Notes under the pieces: generated by a model
The model's database searches: none
What the model saw: the letters and a program-made list of their open reading frames with translations, nothing else
Told to the model about the DNA's origin: nothing
Part shown: one piece after another, positions 27,704 through 40,950 of the stretch
Position numbering within the stretch: the stretch's first letter is position 1
Layout: every line of letters begins with the position of its first letter
Made by a program: the position numbers and the translations under genes
DNA from: Octopus vulgaris
Taxonomy: Eukaryota
NCBI GenBank assembly: GCA_951406725.2
Contig: OX597818.1
Coordinates: 94,178,001-94,242,000 of the forward strand
Direction: 5' to 3'
DNA: 64,000 bases

Positions 27704-28465
27704 GGGTGGAGGTGCTTATCTCCCCTGTTTGAAACCATAAAGACACAGTATGCTTGCGTCACATAGCCAACTGGAAACGGTGTTTCCTGGGGCTAAATAG
27801 CAGTAGCATTCTTCTCTTTCCTGGGACTGCCACATTAAGTTGGCAACAAACCATCACTTTATATATATATATATAATGGGCACTAAGCAGTAAGTTTTTG
27901 AGGAAAGAAAATTGAAAAAAAAAAAAATTCTAATTCCTCAAATTTTGCAGCAAAAGTTTCAGATCTAAACAGGTAACTCAAAATGTTACCTGCTTTGTTC
28001 TTATGGTCATTATAAAACCATATATACTGTATATTTTGCATATTCAAGAGCTGTTCTTATCTTAGATTAGCCTGGGGCTATAGAAGATAAAACATGCCTA
28101 AGATGCCATGTTGTGGGACTGAGCACTTGGCTATCCATAGCCCAAACACTTAACTGTTAATAGTCCAGTTCACATTGCTGTAAGTAGGTATCATACAAAG
28201 GTGGACATGGAATAGTCAGATAGCTAAAAAGTTTCCTTTGCAATTATAATTTACCAGATTCAATTCCATTTTTTTTGGCATCTTGGACAAATGTCTTTTA
28301 CCATAGCCTTGGGTGGGTATGAGACGTTTTGGCAAAATCATTTTGGCATCACCTGTTCAATGTCACTGAAACACTGATTTACCTAGTGTTGTCTCTCATT
28401 TTAATGTTTCTCTGGTTTTCCCTCTTTTTTCTCACACTTTTCTCTTTATTCGATCATCTACTTTG

Positions 28466-30317
28466 TAGAAGGGTAAATAAAAAATTATATACACCACACT
28501 TTTGTTTCTGTAACTTATTAAAATAAAAATAGACGTTGAATAATTACATAACATTTCAGCAAACTTTCCTTGCTTTTTGATGCATTTCTTCCAGTGCTCC
28601 ACAAACTTTTTTATTCTATAGGAGAAGAATGTTTCCAGCTGGTTACACAGTCATTTATGTAATGCTTCCTGTGCATTTTTGTCCATAACAAAATCAACAA
28701 CCTCGTAAAGGAGGTTTGAGCTGTCCAAAGAGGTGACAGTTGGAAGAGGTGAGATATGTAGGGTGATCCAGCAACTCAGAATCCAACTTATTAATGGTTT
28801 CAACAATGTGGGTGTCTGTGTGTGGATGTGCATTGTCATGCAACAACAAAACTTGCTTTGACAATAGATCTCAGTGTTTGGTGCAAATTGCTGGCTTCAG
28901 TTTGTTGGCCAGCATTTCACTGTAGTATACACTGGTGACTATAGACCCCTTTTCTGGTAGTGTTCCAGGCCCTTTTGTGTCCTCAAAATGGTTAGTATCA
29001 CTTTTTTTTATAGAAGATTGAGTCTTGAATTTCATTTTCACTGGTGATTCCTGATGTTTGAACTCTATACTCTGCCTTTTGGATTCTGGTTTAGAGTGAT
29101 GGGCCCAGATCTCATATCCTGTGACTATTCTGTCCCCGAAAAAGCTTAGCCTTCATTGTTGTAGTGGTTAAGTAAGTATTAACAGATCATACTTATGCAC
29201 TTTAGTTAGCTCTCTTGGCACCCATCTTGCACAGATTTTTTATGAGCAAAGCTTGTCATAGATGATTTCATATGCAGAACCAAGACTAGTTTGCAGAAAA
29301 CATGCCACCTCGTTGATGTCACTCATTGAACTTATTGAACTTTCATGTCACTGGTGGAGGTTTATGGATGTTATGTTCTCTCTTTGTGCTTCACGCTTGT
29401 CCAACCATAAAAAAATTTTTAGTCCAGTCATACACACAATATGGGGACAGTGCTACAGAAAAGCGTGTGTATGACTGGACTAAAAATTTTTTTATGGTTG
29501 GACAAGCGTGAAGCACAAAGAGAGAACATAACATCCATAAACCTCCACCAGTGACATGAAAGTTCAATAAGTTCAATGAGTGACATCAACGAGGTGGCAT
29601 GTTTTCTGCAAACTAGTCTTGGTTCTGCATATGAAATCATCTATGACAAGCTTTGCTCATAAAAAATCTGTGCAAGATGGGTGCCAAGAGAGCTAACTAA
29701 AGTGCATAAGTATGATCTGTTAATACTTACTTAACCACTACAACAATGAAGGCTAAGCTTTTTCGGGGACAGAATAGTCACAGGATATGAGATCTGGGCC
29801 CATCACTCTAAACCAGAATCCAAAAGGCAGAGTATAGAGTTCAAACATCAGGAATCACCAGTGAAAATGAAATTCAAGACTCAATCTTCTATAAAAAAAA
29901 GTGATACTAACCATTTTGAGGACACAAAAGGGCCTGGAACACTACCAGGAAAAGGGGTCTATAGTCACCAGTGTATACTACAGTGAAATGCTGGCCAACA
30001 AACTGAAGCCAGCAATTTGCACCAAACACTGAGATCTATTGTCAAAGCAAGTTTTGTTGTTGCATGACAATGAATTTCATCCTCCATCATAACTTCAGAA
30101 CAGAGAAATTGGATCACTGACCTCTGTTCTTCTTTGGTGCAGACTGGCAGTGGAGTGGCCATGTAACACAAAAAGAGAAAACTGCAGCAATCAAGATCAA
30201 ACCTTGGTTACATAATCACAAGAGTATCACCTTGTAGCTTGTGAGCACTGAAGGCACTGTGACCCTTCTAGTGAAAGTTTTCACCAAAGTGCAGATAATT
30301 TTTGACTTCCCCTCATA
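28466..30317 (-). mobile_element. Decayed mariner element (WVPREL, irritans-like) with internal inverted duplication
   Basis: TIR tatgaggggaagtcaaaaattatctgcac (minus strand, from 30317) and degenerate tagaagggtaaataaaaaattatatacac (28466); MATPLPVCTKEEQRSVIQFL, QYGDS, KICARWVPRELT, LLLHDNAHPH, HWKKCI. Confidence 0.85.
28831..30072. repeat. Near-perfect 1.24-kb palindrome (arms 28831-29437 and 29465-30072, 27-bp spacer)
   Basis: Mirror-image ORFs 29262-29474(+)/29428-29640(-); only one 1-bp indel seen between the arms by eye. Confidence 0.97.
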
Positions 30318-30959
30318 TGTATGTATAATGTCTCTCTCTTCCTTGCTATCTCTCTCTCACACTTTCTATCTGTATGTGGATGAGTCTGAGCAAAAATGTG
30401 TATATTTGCCTCCATGTACTGTCAACAGATTGAACGTCCAGTCAGCTGTGCCAAATTGTTAAGCATCCAAACAGCAAACTGGCCTTGGGTCAACTTAAGC
30501 TTGTGAATTAAATTGGGTAGAAGGGAATTATGGTGGATTGAACTGGGAATTCTGTAATCCAGTATGGTCCCACATTGTGACATACTGATTCAATCTGGAA
30601 TTATGTTAAATATACACACTGTGGAATTTTCAGCCACTTATACATTAATTTGCTGAGTAGGTAGGTTAATTGATTAGTTTAACTTGTAAGTAGGTCAGCT
30701 GATTAGTTTAACAAGTTGGTAGGTCAGTTGGACAGTTGAATATGTAACATTAAAACCAACAGAGGATCAGTCACCTGCACCACACATTAGGTAATGTACT
30801 CTTAGCTGCAGTGTGACTGTTTAAAAATTACAATCATCTCCAGTCAAAGGTCTGTTGGATGAAGACTGATCTTGGGGCTAAACAATACTAACAAGAAGAG
30901 CAATATTAGTTCCAAAACAACAGTAAAAATAATAACAGCATTGACAAAGAAATATCTGG

Positions 30960-31355
30960 AAAAGCGAGAGAGAGAGAGAGGTGGGGAGAAAGGAAGAGGG
31001 GGTGAGAGCAGGAGAGAAAAGGTGAAAGACAAAAGAGGACAAGAGAGGGTGAGAGAAAGGAGAGGGGGTGAGAAGGAGGGGAGGGTGAGAGAGAGTGAGG
31101 AGAGGGAGTGATAGAAAAGAGAGGGGTGAGAGAGAAGAGAGAGGATGAGAGAGATGAGAGGGGATTGGAGAAGAGAGTGAGTGAGAGAGAGGAGTCGGGG
31201 ATGAGAGGAGAAAATGAGAAAGAAATGCAGAGAAACAAAGAGAAAAAGAGAGAGAGAGGAGAGGAGAGAGAGAGAGGGGTCAAAATAAAGATGGGAGGAA
31301 AAGACAGAAAGAGAGAAAACGATAGAGAGAAAGAGAGAGGAGAAAGAGAGGGAGA
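30960..31355. repeat. GA-rich polypurine low-complexity tract
   Basis: Direct reading. Confidence 0.9.
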
Positions 31356-31499
31356 CAGTGAATCATTAATATACTATGATGCTGTTCAATGACAATAATG
31401 AAGACTCCCCAAGGTAGAAGTTAGTTTTATTAATCACGAAAATGTTGCTTAAAACCCATTTACAGCAATCAATTGTTTGCATTAGCTTTCAGTTAGGCG

Positions 31500-31740
31500 A
31501 TGGTAGAGGTGGTGGTGGTGGTGGTGGCAGAGTTGGTGATGATAGTGGTGATGATGGTGATGGCGGTGGTGATGATAGTAATGGTAGTGGTAGTGGTGGT
31601 GCTGGTGCTGGCAGCAGCAGCAGCGGAGGTGATGATGCTGGTGGTTGTGGTGGTGGTGGTGGTAGTGGGGGTAATGATGGTGGTGGTGGTGATAATAACA
31701 ATGATGGTGGTGGTAGTTTTGATGATGGTAGTGATAATGG
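31500..31740. repeat. Degenerate (GGT/GAT)n tract
   Basis: Direct reading; gives poly-G/V/P/T ORFs in several frames. Confidence 0.9.
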
Positions 31741-32045
31741 CATACAGATTTCGAGATAGTCTCACAGACTAAAGCTACCAGTGTTATGAAGCAAGTATAT
31801 GTTAGTGAGGAAACCTCTGCTTGGTTGCTCAGTCATCAAGAAATAGCAGTCAATATGCCCTCAACTCAGCTTTATTTTTTCTTTTATTTCTTTCAATCAT
31901 TGGACTGTGGCTATGCTAATCTTTGAAGGGTGAAGTCAAACAAGTCACCTTCACTGCTTATTTTCTTTTAAGCCTGGTGCTGAACTGCTAAATTATGGGA
32001 GCATAAACACACCAACAACAGTTGTCAAGTGGTAATGAGGGTTAC

Positions 32046-32437
32046 CGTGGAGGCGCAATGGCCCAGTGGTTAGGGCAGCAGACTCGCGGTCATAGGATCG
32101 CGGTTTCGATTCCCAGACCGGGCGTTGTGAGTGTTTATTGAGCGAAAAACACCTAAAAGCTCCACGAGGCTCCGGCAGGGGATGGTGGTGATCCCTGCTG
32201 TACTCTTTCATCACAACTTTCTCTCACTCTTACTTCCTGTTTCTGTTGTACCTGTATTTCAAGGGGCCGGCCTTGTCACTCTCTGTGTCACGCTGAATAT
32301 CCCTGAGAACTACGTTAAGGGTGCACGTGTCTGCGGAGTGCTCAGCCACTTACACGTTAATTTCATGAGCAGGCTGTTCTGTTGATTCGGATCAACCGGA
32401 ACCCTCATCGTCGTAATCGATGGAGTGCTTCCACTAC
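32046..32437 (+). mobile_element. SINE family C (tail type 3) inserted into an old family A copy
   Basis: 12-bp TSD aatgagggttac. Confidence 0.9.
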
Positions 32438-32664
32438 AATGAGGGTTACAAACACAAAGACACACACACATACATGCATGCACACACACACACATACACA
32501 TGCACACACACACATATGTACAATGGGCTTCCACCTAGTTTCTCTTTATCAAATTCACTCACAAAGCATTGGTTTACCTGGACCTATAGTAAAAGAAACT
32601 TGCCTAAGGTATCACGCAGTGGGTGTGAATCAAGATGTGGTTGCAAAATGAGCTTTTTTTTTTA

Positions 32665-33039
32665 CTCTAGGCACAAGGCCCTAGGCACAAGTCAGTTAGA
32701 ACGACCCCAGTATGCAACTGGTACTTAATTTATCAACCCCGAAAGGATGAAAGGAAAAGTTGACCGTGGCAGAATTTGAACACAGAACGTAGCAACAGAT
32801 GAAATACCTATTTCTTTTCTACCCACAAGGGGCTAAACACAGAAGGGACAAACAAGGACAGACAAACGGATTAAGTTGATTACATCGACTCCAGTGCATG
32901 ACTGGTACTTAATTTATCGACCCCGAAAGAATGAAAGGCAAAGTTGACCTTGGCGGAATTTGAACTCAGAACATAACGGCAGACGAAATATGGCTACGCA
33001 TTTCGCCCTGCGTGCTAACGTTTCTACCAGCTCGCACCT
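32665..33039 (-). mobile_element. SINE family B, tandem/nested copies
   Basis: Two Meta-like domains at ~32720-32790 and ~32900-32970. Confidence 0.8.
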
Positions 33040-33099
33040 TGCAAAGTGTGCTTTTTAATAATACAACAATGTCTGCACTGTAAAAAGAGGCATTGGATA

Positions 33100-33590
33100 C
33101 TGTACATATGTAATAATGTATGTATGTATGTATGAATAAATGCATGTATGATTGTATATATAAATGTATGTATCTGTGAAAGGATGTATGACTGAATACA
33201 TGTATGCTTTCATGTACATATGTGTGTATGCATGTATGTATGTATGCATGTATGTATGTATATATATATGAATGCTTGAATGAATGTATGTATGAATGTA
33301 TGAATATATGTTTAAGTATATGCATGCATATAACAATGTATGAATGCATGTATGTATGTATAACTGAATGTATGCATGAATGTATGTATGTATGTATGTA
33401 TGTATGTATGTATGTATGTATGCATGCATGTATGTATATATAGCTGAGTATATGTATGAATGTATATATGCATGCATATATTTATGTATTTATGTATGTA
33501 TGTATGTATGTATAACTGAATGGATGTATGAATGAAGTTTAAATGTATGTATGTATGACAGTATGTATGGCTGCATGTATGTATAAATGA
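33100..33590. repeat. Degenerate (TATG)n/(GAAT)n tract
   Basis: Direct reading. Confidence 0.9.
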
Positions 33591-33848
33591 TATATAAGTG
33601 ATGCTGGGCTTTGTATTTTTTCATAGCTCCCATGGTTACTGAGATAATCTATTATAATAATACTCTTGTGTTTATGAATGAGAAAGGAAGGGGTGACAGA
33701 TGAATAAGGAAGGAAGGTGTGATGTCATACTTGGTAGTAGGATGATGAAAATTGTATACTGACAAAATAAATCAAACAGCATTTCAACTCTGTGTGAATA
33801 TATGTTATGTGTGTGTATGTAAAAGGGGGGTATGTGAAAGTATGTGTG

Positions 33849-33880
<32 letters not shown>

Positions 33881-34428
33881 CACATGTGTGTGCATGCGCA
33901 ATGGAAGTGGGATGGTTCATCTTTGTTCGCTTAGTATTTGGGTTTATTTTTTGATTTGGTTGAATCTTGGTTTTCTTTTTGTTGATCAGTTATTTTTAGC
34001 GTTTTGACAGAAAAAGAAAAGTCATTCTAAAATTGTTTTTAACGTAAGCATGCCCAAACAAGTCAAATGCTTACACAGAGCAGGTTTTTACAGTCACATC
34101 ATCCAAACCGATCAGGTGAAACCGGGCTTAGCTGCTAATATATGTATATATGCATGTATGTATAAATTAATTTATATCTGTATACATGCATGCATATAAA
34201 TAAGTATGCATACAAATACATGAACACATGTATGTACATGAGTTCATGAGTTCATGAGTACTCATGTATGTATACATGAGTACTGGCATGGATGGTATTG
34301 CATTTGTGGATTTTATTACAGGCTGAACTCCATGTCATGAATGTTTCACATATTTTGACTGTATCTTTGACAGTTTAAAGCTGCAATCTTCTGATTCATC
34401 ATTGTCATCATGATCATCATCAACAGCA

Positions 34429-34804
34429 GTGGAGGCGCAATGGCCCAATGGTTAGGGCAGTGGACTCACGGTCGGAGGATTGCGGTTTCGATTCCCAGAC
34501 TGGTAGTTGTGTGTGCTTATTGAGTGAAAACACCTAAAGCTCCATGAGGCTCCGGCAGGGGGTGATGACGACCCCTGTTGTACTCTTTCATTCCAGCTTT
34601 CACTCTTTCTTCCTGCTTCTTGTCCCCAACTTCCTACGCAACCGCTGAGCCTGGATGCACATTCATCCATCCGTTGATGCTTTCGGTGTCGGGTGTTGAC
34701 CTGCTTTCTCTTCTGTGGGTCTTACGAATAGCAAAGGACCATGTTGCAGACTTCTCCCATCTTGTGAGCTCTGGGACAAAGACCGTTCGCTCAACAAACA
34801 AACA
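34429..34804 (+). mobile_element. SINE family C (tail type 2)
   Basis: 13-bp TSD atcatcaacagca. Confidence 0.9.
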
Positions 34805-35384
34805 ATCATCAACAGCAATATTTAACATCAGTTTTCCATGCTGATATGGATTGGATTGCTTGATAGGAACTGGCAAAGCCAGGGGCTGCACCAGGTTCCT
34901 TAGTTTGTTTTAGCTTATCATCTACAGCTGGATACCCTTCCTATTGTCAATGACTTTATAGAGTGTACTGGGTGCTTTCTATGTGGCACCATCACCAGTG
35001 CTTTTTATGTGGCACCAGCACCAATGCTTTTTATGTGGCACCAGCAACCACACCAATGCTTTTTACATGGCACCTTGGTTTTAGGATATCAATTCTGTTG
35101 TGGTGGGTGGGTCTTCTTGAGTACAGAACTACGTCACATATCTTGCCATCTTAGATTAGGCATGAATATATGTATACATGTATGCATACATTTATGTATA
35201 TGTTTATGTATATTTTTAGTGTGTGAAAGAGCTTGCAAATTGATTATGAATGAAGAAACCCAAAATCAACTTGCAAGACAATTCTGTAAGTTGATTTTAT
35301 TATGGTGACCCACAGAAATCATATTTCGCAAAGTAATCTTTATTGTAAGCTTGAAATAATTTCAAAATATATTATTGTGTAAAT

Positions 35385-35616
35385 AAAGGTGGCGAGCTGG
35401 CAGAAACATTAGCATGCCGGGCGAAATGCGTAGCCGTATTTCGTCTGCCGTTATGTTCTGAGTTCAAATTAGGCCGAGGTCGACTTAGCCTTTCATCCTT
35501 TCGGGATTGATAAATTAAGTACCAGTTACACACTGGAGTCAATGTAATCGACTTAATCTGTTTGTCTGTCCTTGTTTGTCCCCTCTGTGTTTAGCCCCTT
35601 GTGGGTAGTAAAAAAA
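35385..35616 (+). mobile_element. SINE family B
   Basis: TSD atatattattgtgtaaat. Confidence 0.9.
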
Positions 35617-37204
35617 TATATATTATTGTGTAAATCTAGGCTATAGTTAACTTGTTTAATTAATCATTCTGTATTATAAACCTTACCTAAGCATTTAGTG
35701 GATATTATGACTTTCGTCTGCCATTTGTACTTCAATCCAAGCATTTCAGTTCTGCAGTGGAATTGAAGAATCATGTGAGAAACCATTTAGAGATGGTCAG
35801 AGATGCCATTGACAACAAGGAAGCTCAGAGAGGTGGAAGTCATTGGTGAAGATGGAGCAATTACCGTGTACGAGTGTGTGCATGTATATATTTGTTTTTC
35901 TTTGACTTTCTATTACAGGTTTCACTTATTGTCTGGCAACCATTCTGGAATGTTGGAGAGTTGGAGCACTGCTTTGAAGTAATTCAATCATTCAAATAAA
36001 ACTCAATACTTATCTTGTTAGTGTCTTTTTGCTTAACTGCTAAGTCATAGGGGCATAAACTGGAAGGAGTTATCAAGTGGTGAGAAATAAATACAAGCAC
36101 AAATACAAGCAGACAAACACACATTTATATTTACATATAAGAGACCGAAGTGTACGTACACTGCTATATATATATATATAAAACACAAAATGGGACAAGA
36201 ATGCAAAACATCTGGACAGCTAGGTGATACAAAAAGGGACAACAAAACATCCAGATAGACAATACAAAGAGAACAAGGACGGGTCATTCGAAGTTTTCTT
36301 TTCTCAGTCAAGTACCAGATTATCCTTGCAATTTTGACTAATTATTCTTGAGATTGCTCCAATCTGGCCAGCTCCAAGCAAAAACTAAGCTAAGAGCATT
36401 AGATTCCTTGGAAGAAAGAAGCGATGTATGTGTGTATAATATGTATAATATGACTAGATATGTTTTCCACGGAAAACTGAAATGATGGTGAGATTTGCTC
36501 ACAACTACCATGTAACATACACACACACACACACACACGCACGCATGCATGCATGCACATATATACACATGAGAGACTTCTATTAGTTTACATCTATCAA
36601 ATCCACTCACAAGGCTTGGGATAATCCAGGGATATAAAGAATGCTACAAGATCACAAAACTACTTGGGATGGGCTATATATAGTTAATTAATAAAAACTT
36701 AGTACATACATACACCATATATAAATAAACAATTACCAATAAATCAACCCATAGAAATTTAATGTTAATAAATAAACTAAGAATAAATGTATGAAAAAAT
36801 AAAAAAAAAGTTTAAATCAAATTAAAATCATCAGAAGCGTACTTCAAAAAAGAAGACACTAATGAAAAGAAGAAAAGATGGTCAATGCTCAGTCATAGAT
36901 CATGTTATGAGAGGGTTATTCAGATTGCTAAAGTTTTCCATGAAAAGAACAACTATCAGCTGAACAGGAACTTGTAGAGATAGATAAAGCTCCACAGCAG
37001 AAGTGATCATCATTAGATAATGAAAGGAAAGTCAAAGAAGAAAGATCAAAGAGAAAGTTTTAAACATGATACAAGCATATATTCATTAACTCACCAATCC
37101 CCTTTAACCAAACTCTCTACCACTGTTAGCTATATTTGATATTAATTTTAAACTCCTAAGTTACAACATTATCATAAGCTTGAAGTAATTTGAAAATATA
37201 TTAT

Positions 37205-37603
37205 TTACTCGTTTACTTGTTTCAGTCATTTGACTGCGGCCATGCTGGAGCACTGCCTTTAGTCGAGCAAATCGACCCCAGGACTTATTCTTTGTAAGCC
37301 TAGTACTTATTCTATCAGTCTCTTTTAGCTGAACCGCTAAGTTACGGGGACGTAAACACACCAGCATCGGTTGTCAAGCGATGTTGAGGGGATAAACACA
37401 GACACACAAACATATACACACACACACACACGCACATATATATATATACACGACGAGCTTCTCAACGGTTTCCGTCTACCAAATCCACTCACAAGGCTTT
37501 GGCTGGTCTGAGGCTATAGTAGAAGATACTTGCCCAAGGTACCACACAGTGGGACTGAACCCTGAACCATGTGGTTGGTAAGCATGTTACTTACCACACA
37601 GCC
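37205..37603 (-). mobile_element. SINE family A
   Basis: Consensus match. Confidence 0.85.
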
Positions 37604-38329
37604 AGACTACAATTAACTTGTTTAATTAACCATTTTGCATTATATCCTTACCTAACCATTTGTTTTACCAGATTATTAGTAACATCTATCAATAAATCAC
37701 ATCTCACTATCTTTTTATATCTTATAGCCTCCCCTGAAAATACACTCTATCATAACTTGGTGGGCAGCAGTCTGCAGAAGGCAGAGCTACAACCTTGAAA
37801 TTAAATTTGCTTGTCCTATAAAACTTTAGTTACCATGATTTATAAATTATCTTAACTGAAACATCCAAATAATTAATTTTATTCACATCTTTACCACTTC
37901 TGCAAGCTTCCAAATCCCGAGGATGAATCTTACAGTAAATTCTAAAAAAAAAACCCAAAACAAGAAAAAAACCCCACTATAATTTGGAATATAACACCAA
38001 CTAAGTTGTCTGACTAAACCTATTTTTATTTGCATAACTCACTCAGAAAACTAAATTTGCATGATGCCAAGTACAAGTCAGTTCACAAAGTACCCCCTGC
38101 CAAGGAATATCTCTAACCTGTCTAAATTACATAGAGGCAAATGAGACATATGAATTATTAATAATGAACATAACTCTTTTATATTTTTTCCCTGGCTGGC
38201 TTGTCTGAAATCCTTGCATAATAGGTCACTGCACCAAGTGAAACTACTGCACACAACATTTATATTGAGTACTTCTTCTTCAGAGCATTAACAGACATTG
38301 TAGGTGCAGGAGTGGTTGTGTGCTAAACA

Positions 38330-38359
38330 TAGGCGTAGGAGTGACTGTGTGGCAAGTAG

Positions 38360-38417
<58 letters not shown>

Positions 38418-38496
38418 GTATATACATATATATAGGCCACTTGGTGTTGAATAGATATACTATTAAATTAGTATCTAATTCTCTCACCCTTATTAA

Positions 38497-38537
<41 letters not shown>

Positions 38538-38661
38538 TACATATAAATATATATATACACGCGCATATAGAGAGAGCTGTAAGATGAATTCGTTCATTTT
38601 TTTTTTTCCTGCCATTTATTTGAATCCTTACTATCCTTCAGCTATTTTTAAAATAATAATG

Positions 38662-38712
<51 letters not shown>

Positions 38713-39098
38713 TATATATATAAAGCTACACATGGTTCCAGGTTCAGTCCCACTGTGTGGCACCTTGGGCAAGTGTCTTCTACTATAGCCTCGGGCTGAC
38801 CAAGGCCTTGTGAGTGGATTTGGTAGACAGAAACTGAAAGAAGCCCATCGTATATATGTATATATATATGTATGTGTGTGTGTGTCTGTGTGTGTCTGTG
38901 TTTGTCCTCACAACATCGCTTGACAACTGATGCTGGTGTGTTTACGCCCCCATAACCTAGCGGTTTGGCAAAAAAAGACCGATGGAATAAGTACTAGGCT
39001 TACAAAGAAAAAGTTCTGGGGTCGATTTGCTCGACTAAAGGCGGTGCTCCAGCATGGTCGCAGTCAAATTACTGAAACAAGTAAAAGGGTAAAAGAGT
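38330..39098 (+). mobile_element. SINE family A split by a ~365-bp insertion (38363-38728)
   Basis: Head ends at gtagctt (38362) and resumes at cacatggttcc (38729). Confidence 0.85.
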
Positions 39099-39382
39099 AA
39101 ACAACACTGCATAAGCATGTATGTATGTAATTACACATACGCACGCACACACGCACGCACACACACACACATACATAGATATATAGATAGGGGAGTAGAT
39201 AGACAGCTGAAAACTGATGAAAGGTCATTCTTTGTATTACTTGTCCTTTTCTTTATCTCTCATTATTTGCATATTTAACTCATTTGTTTTTGTATTCCGT
39301 GTTGTTTACTGTCGGTGACGTCCTGTACCCATATATGCATATACATATATAGGTATATATATATTAGTTATATTATATTATA

Positions 39383-39430
<48 letters not shown>

Positions 39431-39449
39431 CCTATATGTATACATATAT

Positions 39450-39516
<67 letters not shown>

Positions 39517-39607
39517 TTTCATGGGCTGTCAAAATTCAGGACTACAATTTTTAACAGATGAAACTATATAGGATTGTTAATTAAGAATTTTTTCAGTTTT
39601 TGTATAA

Positions 39608-39822
39608 CCCTTTAGCATAAAGATTAATCTGTCAAATATTAATGTTTATTCAGTCAAATTGTTTTGAATTAATCATGCATTATCTTCTAACTTCATGAGT
39701 TCAATGATGTTATTGTTTAGAACAGCATTATTGAATATGTGTGAGAGTCCAGATCTGGCCAGTTTGAACATAAAACAGATAGAATATTTTGGCTGGATAT
39801 AGCCATTTTAAATGCTAAATGG
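39608..39822. mobile_element. Degenerate piggyBac-like MITE
   Basis: (a)taa-ccctttagcat ... atgctaaatgg-tgaa. Confidence 0.55.
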
Positions 39823-40524
39823 TGAACTACTCTACCTCCTGGATTGAGTCTGTTATTTTTATTTTTGTGCATTAAATTTATTACTAATAGTGGTGGATAA
39901 ACAGAGGTTTTATAATGTCAGATAAAATATCTTCTGATATTTCTTCCAGTTTTTTATGTTCTGGGTTCATATCTAACCTATACGTTACCATTCATCCTTT
40001 ATTTTTTAATTTTGTTTTCTACTCTAAGCACAAGAACCAAACTTTTGGGGGAGGGGGCCAGTTGATTAAATTGACCCTAGTATGCAACTGGTACTTAATT
40101 TACCAACTCCAAAAGGATGAAAGGCAAAATGAACCTCGGCAGAATTTGAACTCAGAATGTAAAGACAGACGAAATGCCACTAAGCATTTCACCCTGCATG
40201 CTAATATTTCTACCAGCTCACCACCATCCTTTCATTCATTATTGACTGGGGTCAATAAAATAATATCTTCAATGATATTGACTACCTTTCCCCTCAAAAA
40301 TTGATGATTTTCTGACTATATGAGAATTAGATATAATTATAAGTGGATTGACAAAATTGTCAGAAAAACTTATTTGCAGAATTTGTTTGGCTTTATTCAG
40401 AGTTCAAATCTCGCCAAGTCTTGCTTCTTTTTGGGGTTGATAAATAACCAATCAAATATTGTGGCTGTTTCTATTGACTAATTCCACCCACTCAAAACTG
40501 CAGTCTTGTACCTGAATTAGAAAC

Positions 40525-40526
<2 letters not shown>

Positions 40527-40619
<93 letters not shown>

Positions 40620-40830
40620 TATGTTTGACTTTTGCTTTACATTTGTATGAGTTGGCTCCAAGTCTCACCCAGATACCTTAAGAGACAACAAGTTGGAAGT
40701 TCATGTTGGCGTTATGCCTAGGGTGCCATATATTTGGTTTTGTGCTTAGTGTTGTACTAGTGAGTGTCTAAAAAACCATACTAAAATTATGTTTGTTTTA
40801 AAACTTGAGATTACATAGAAAGTATTTTGC

Positions 40831-40888
<58 letters not shown>

Positions 40889-40950
40889 CATCATCATCAT
40901 CATCATCAATATTATTATTATTATTATTATTATCATCATTATTATTATTA
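40527..40950. repeat. (TTA)n microsatellites flanking a ~210-bp spacer
   Basis: Direct reading. Confidence 0.9.

Larger units (their letters stand above)
25410..27862 (+). mobile_element. Hammerhead-containing retroelement-like unit with direct and inverted terminal repeats and a single zinc-knuckle ORF
   Basis: 25650-25747 is a direct repeat of 27764-27862; 25410-25650 is an inverted copy (of 27677-27862 and of 25650-25803); HHR at 27650-27688; microsatellites on both flanks. Confidence 0.8.

Noticed and set aside
25410-27862. DIRS-like (tyrosine recombinase) interpretation of the inverted terminal repeats
   Set aside because: No RT/RNase H/YR remnants; the HHR and partial tandem-plus-inverted layout fit Penelope-type ends better, though not formally excluded.
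30872-31772. R/E-rich and poly-G/P/V/T ORFs
   Set aside because: Open in several frames on both strands because of low complexity; no splice or domain support.
35759-35850. Possible exon ELKNHVRNHLEMVRDAIDNKEAQR
   Set aside because: Short, weak donor site, stop soon after, no recognisable homolog.
39213-39240. CTGATGA motifs at 39214 and ~43001 as hammerheads
   Set aside because: No stem II followed by GAAA and no NUH site.
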